Shown here in pieces: positions 59,771 through 64,000 of a DNA stretch of 64,000 bases; positions within the stretch are counted from its first letter, which is position 1, and each line of letters starts with the position of its first letter. The position numbers and the translations under genes were made by a program. Source of the DNA: Macrostomum lignano (lineage: Eukaryota); NCBI GenBank assembly GCA_002269645.1, contig NIVC01003195.1, positions 48,632 to 112,631 on the forward strand. Reading direction: 5' to 3'. The notes under the pieces were generated by a model. It had not been told where the DNA came from and did no database searches. It saw nothing but the letters and a program-made list of their open reading frames with translations.

Positions 59771-60474
59771 CAGCAGCTTTAACCTGAATCATAACCTAAA
59801 CTTCAACAATAGTCCTATCCTGAATCGTCGGCAGTCGACTTGCAGTATCCCACTGCATTGCCTATTGATAATTAATGATCATTATTGATCAGCAGGTATG
59901 GATTCAGATTAAAAGAGTGCCTAATGAATGATTTGGACGTGGCACTGAAGTTTAATCGATAGTAAAATATTGGTTTGTCCATAGCTATCTACTGAAAGCC
60001 TTTTAGACTATTTTATATAGTTCATTTTAAATCGTTCAAGTCGAAATGCTTTGTAACAAAATAAGCACTGTGTACTGTACTATCTAGATAATATATTTAT
60101 AATATGGAATGCGAAAGTCACCGTTTGAACCATTGTTGTGAGCAGCTAGGTCAAACACGCACATTTACAATTGCTTTGTTGCTAACTGAAGACGATTGCT
60201 TGGAAATAATCGGTGGAGTTTCTTATGCTCGGAACCGACTGACACAAATAGCTGGCTCTGGTAGGTTAGCAACTGAAAACTCACGCTGGTGACGAAGGTT
60301 ACGCGGTAATAAAGTATTTATGAAAATATAATATCTACTGAAAATTTTGTCCGATGCAACCTTTTATTCAACAAGTTACAGCAAATAGCATCCTGCAAAA
60401 AGTCTTTGTCTATTAAAATTAAAACAAAACAAAGCTAATTTTTATGTACTGCAGCTACCGCTAAACTGGAGCAG

Positions 60475-61761
60475 CTAACAGGCGGGATGAATATTATGAT
60501 TGGAAAAATGCCAGACCCGAAGAATTTGAGACAGGCAATGCGGCAATCTTTTGCAGCAGTAGGCTGCCCAGGCTTGCGTCCTTGGCAACGCGGGCACTTT
60601 CGGCCAGCTGAAGCAGCGATGCGTGACAGGCCACGCCGCATCGCTGCGACTTGACGGTGAGCTGGTAGGCAGCGCCGAATCTGGACAGCGACGGCGCAAC
60701 GGCTGCTGGTCCAACAGCAGCTGACGGCTGGTGCGCAGGTCGCAGAGCAGGCAAGCCCGGAACAGCGGCGTCCTTTCAACTGTGGCCAGCTCTGCGATGA
60801 GCGGCCCGGTGGCCACCAGACGAATCAACTCGTCGACTGCGGCGTCAGCAACGCCGGAGGCTGCGGCATGGCGCAAAGCGACAGCTCTGGCTAGCAGGCC
60901 AGCGCAACCGACAATAAGTCTGTCCGTTAGCTGGCCTGCCCAGTCAGAGAAGATGCTCACAGCGCTAGCGTGCAGACGCAATTTGACAAACGCAGCTTCC
61001 ATCAGTTTGTCTTCGCAGCGGCGCAGTGCCACCCTAGTGGAAGCCGTTGCCACAGCCGCGGTGTCGATAGCAGAGTTGACAAGCTGCAATCGGTGCATAA
61101 TTTCATTGGCTGCTGCTTCAGCCATTTGGTCGGCGGCTGCTTTCTCTTTTGATTTGTCTGCAGTTTTTGGTCGCTGCGACTGCGACGGTGGCGGAGGCGT
61201 GAGCAGCGGTTGACGCTGGAATCGGGGCGCAGCGCTGGCGCCACGGACAGTCTTGGTGTGAGTTCGCACCTTGGCGCAGGCGCTGCACCTGGCGCCATTG
61301 ACTGTAGTGTCTCCGCAGCTGCGACTGTCGGCCGGTCCCAAGCAGATGTTTGTCAGCTGCAGACGCACGCAGATTCGATTCAAAGCGGCCAGAAATTTGG
61401 CGTGCGCACTCGCTCCTCCGTCGGCATAGTCAACGCTGAACGTCTGCAGGCCGTCCGGAGCGACGTAGTCCGGAGTTCGAACCCGGCGCAACTGGCAGCC
61501 CAGCTGCGCTTTTAACAGAGGAGCTTCGGTGCCGAGTACGCAGATCAAATTAGCCAAGTTGGTTGGGATGACGAATAGAAACTGGGTTACTGTGGCAATC
61601 GAACAGCTGTCCCTGCTCCGCTGATGAATCTCCAGCCAGTGCAGGTGCTGTTGGCGGAGCAGGCTGTTTAGATAAACTGGTGAGCAGAAGTCCAGACGGA
61701 AAGCAGATTGAGTCTCCAGTTGTTCCTGTTGCGTTTTATTGCTGCTCATTGTGTTGGTCAT
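60475..61761 (-). CDS. Hypothetical protein, 428 aa, intronless, with a possible degenerate KH-like segment; C-terminal frame uncertain
   Basis: Long non-repetitive GC-rich ORF with an acceptor-like CTTCAG ~13 nt before the ATG. FVIPTNLANLICVLGTEAPLLKAQLGCQL weakly resembles a KH fold start. Confidence 0.65.
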   Translation of the reverse strand: MTNTMSSNKTQQEQLETQSAFRLDFCSPVYLNSLLRQQHLHWLEIHQRSRDSCSIATVTQFLFVIPTNLANLICVLGTEAPLLKAQLGCQLRRVRTPDYVAPDGLQTFSVDYADGGASAHAKFLAALNRICVRLQLTNICLGPADSRSCGDTTVNGARCSACAKVRTHTKTVRGASAAPRFQRQPLLTPPPPSQSQRPKTADKSKEKAAADQMAEAAANEIMHRLQLVNSAIDTAAVATASTRVALRRCEDKLMEAAFVKLRLHASAVSIFSDWAGQLTDRLIVGCAGLLARAVALRHAAASGVADAAVDELIRLVATGPLIAELATVERTPLFRACLLCDLRTSRQLLLDQQPLRRRCPDSALPTSSPSSRSDAAWPVTHRCFSWPKVPALPRTQAWAAYCCKRLPHCLSQILRVWHFSNHNIHPAC

Positions 61762-62099
61762 TGCATGTGTATTACTGAAGCTGAATGATCGAGATTAGTC
61801 TAGTATTGAGAATTGTTCAATTCATAACCAAACACAAATTTATTTTTGCATACTATTCTTCCAACTCTGATAGTTTTTTTGTGATTTCAATTGCGCGTAT
61901 CAATTAAACTCCCTTAATTAAATGCGCTCCCGGAGTTTGCCATAGACAGAACAGACGCATATCGGATCATCAACTTGATTCACGGAAGAGAAAAGGAACC
62001 AATTAGAGTAATAATTAGGAATAAATAACAATTGATTACACCTGCCCTAATGAGCAGATGTGCAACCGACAGCTCAGCCGCAGCTATTGCGCGGTGCAT

Positions 62100-62316
62100 C
62101 TGAAGGCTGGGGGGGGGGGGTCGCCACACATCCTCAATTACCCCAGCTAATGCTGGCACCCATTTTACAGCTGGGGGAACTGAAGCAATGCAGAGTTAAG
62201 TGTCTTGCGGACACTTCTTGTGTCTTAAGGACACAAATTGTTCCAGTGGGATCGGGAATCGAACCGCCGACCTTCAAGTCGTGAGTCCGACGCTCTAACC
62301 ACTGGGCTACAACCCC
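62100..62316 (-). mobile_element. tRNA-derived SINE with MIR-like CORE domain
   Basis: On the minus strand: box A TAGCCCAGTGG, box B GGTTCGATTCC, then GCAAGACACTTAACTCTGCATTGCTTCAGTTCCCCCAGCTGTAAAATGGG. This resembles the CORE consensus GCAAGTCACTTAACCTCTCTGAGCCTCAGTTTCCTCATCTGTAAAATGGG. No 3' acceptor stem. Confidence 0.8.
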
Positions 62317-63589
62317 TATGGCCAATTGAAAGTCCTTGAAAATCGACAGAAGTTGCTTTAAAAGAGACAAAGCGCCTGAGCCCATGGTGTAATCCGATAC
62401 AGAACATGCTGCCACTGACCTTCATTTGCCTGTGCGCAAAGCTCATTTCTGTCTATATTCAATCTAGAGATCAGGGCATAAGATTGCCGAACAGCTAGGA
62501 GTCAATAGAAATAATACTCTTTGGGGACATCCGTTACAAAATATGGCAAATTAAAACACTTAATATTCAAAAAAATTGAACATATTACACTTCAAACAAA
62601 ACGAGAAATTCTCCTTTCTGTACAATTGAGACACTCAAGTTTGATTTCTTTTAATCATCTAATCTTAAATATAAAACCGCAGCTTAATAAATAAATCAGT
62701 AAATTAAGTAGAAAAATTTTGAGCCACCCAACAATATATTACAATCGCTCCTATTATTGGCTGTCGCCATTTCAGTTGAACCTTGCCGTGTCTTCCTGGC
62801 GACCTGAGGGCATCCATGGTGCCCCTGTAATCGTAATATAGAAAACTGAGTGAACTCAGCTGACTGAATTATCTACTAATTATTGCTATTGTTGCCTTTT
62901 TACACATGAATAGACTCAGCTAGAGATTTTTCCTTTGTGTTTATCTAGCTGTTTATGTATTCATAATATCAAGAATAATAGATTTCATTGGAGAATTTGT
63001 TTCTGTCTGTAGCTTCCGTCCTTTTTTTTCTTCCAGATTATTACCGAGACTTTTAAATGCTACTTCTCTGATTAAGTAGTATTTAAGATTTTGGCTGATA
63101 TGTTTCAATTTTTAAATGTCTGGTTCGACAGAAAAGAACAGATGATAAATATTTTTGTAATGATTTCTTTCTCTTTTAAAACTGCATGGTTTCATTGCGT
63201 AAAGCGCCTTTTTGTGTATGAAAATCTCACAGCAGTTATATTTAAACAAATATAGAGGTTCATCTTTACAATATATACACGTATGCGCGTTTTTGTTATT
63301 TATTCTCGTATTTTTGTTATCAAGGTTAATTCAGAACTTAGTAATGTAGCATGTATAAATAAACTAGTATATAAGGCTAGTCAAAATTAGTGTTATATTT
63401 TTGCTTCTATTGTCTTATAGTTTTATTTTCTGTGCCTTTTCAGATTAAAAAAAAAATTTAAGAAGTAAAATATTGAATCATGGGTAAGAGCTAATTACAA
63501 TATTGTGTTTTTTGCAACGTCAATACTAATTTGTGTTTTTCTGAGTACATGTGGCCTAAACCTCTACTCTATAATTTGGCTCTCTCTTT

Positions 63590-64000
63590 TCCCTTCCCTC
63601 CTCTCCCCTCTCACCTCCCTCCGCCTCTCCCTCTCCTCTCTTACTCCTCTCTCCTTTCTCCCTCATCCCTCCTCTTCTCCATCCTCTCCTCTCTTTCCGT
63701 TCTCCTCTCTCTTCCCGTCCCTCTCCTCTCTTCCCTCTCCTCTCTTCCCGTCCCTCTCCTCTCTTCCCTCCTCTCCTCTCTTCCCGTCCATCTCCTCTCT
63801 TCCCTCTCCTCTTCCCGTCCTCTCCTCTCTTCCTCTCCTCTCTTCCCGTCCATCTCCTCCTCTCTCCCTCTCCTCCTCTTCCCGTCCTCTCCTCTCTTCC
63901 CGTCCCCCTCTCTCTCTTCCCTCCTCTCTTCCCGTCCCTCTCCTCTCTTTCCGTCCCTCTCCTCTCTTCCCTCCCTCTCCTCCCGTCCCTCTCCTCTCTC
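63590..64000. repeat. CT-rich low-complexity repeat (CTCTTCCCGTCCCTCTC-like), cut by the window edge
   Basis: Almost all pyrimidines on the + strand. Confidence 0.93.

Noticed and set aside
62245-62316. tRNA gene (anticodon loop reads CAC)
   Set aside because: The anticodon stem is mismatched, there is no 3' acceptor stem, and the sequence continues into a CORE domain, so it is a SINE head.

Overview
This is eukaryotic, animal genomic DNA with GT-AG introns. It is most likely a free-living flatworm of the Macrostomum type (inference from the two-domain p40-type small HSP, long GACA tracts, intron minisatellites and acceptor-like AGs just before start codons). Genes reconstructed by hand, left to right: (1) an 11+ exon FERM/band-4.1 gene on the minus strand that runs off the left edge; (2) a POT/SLC15-like transporter (-); (3) a 7-exon UPF1 (-) with an apparent frameshift in its last exon; (4) an HSE/TATA-driven small HSP with two alpha-crystallin domains (+); (5) a Cys/Pro-rich orphan ORF (+); (6) a CD225/dispanin protein (-); (7) a decayed ionotropic glutamate receptor-like fragment (-); (8) an intronless chromodomain-ankyrin MPP8 (HUSH)-like gene (+); (9) SmD3 (+), followed closely by (10) FAIM (+); (11) an orphan ORF with a degenerate KH-like segment (-). 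Most large introns and spacers carry their own minisatellite. There is also a MITE, a LINE remnant and a tRNA-headed CORE-type SINE. The most striking unexplained structure is a set of sharply bounded, almost CpG-free, TpA-rich zones just inside the presumed 5' ends of UPF1, the MPP8-like gene and the FERM gene, while the flanking promoters and later exons keep their CpGs. All counts were made by eye and no database searches were run.
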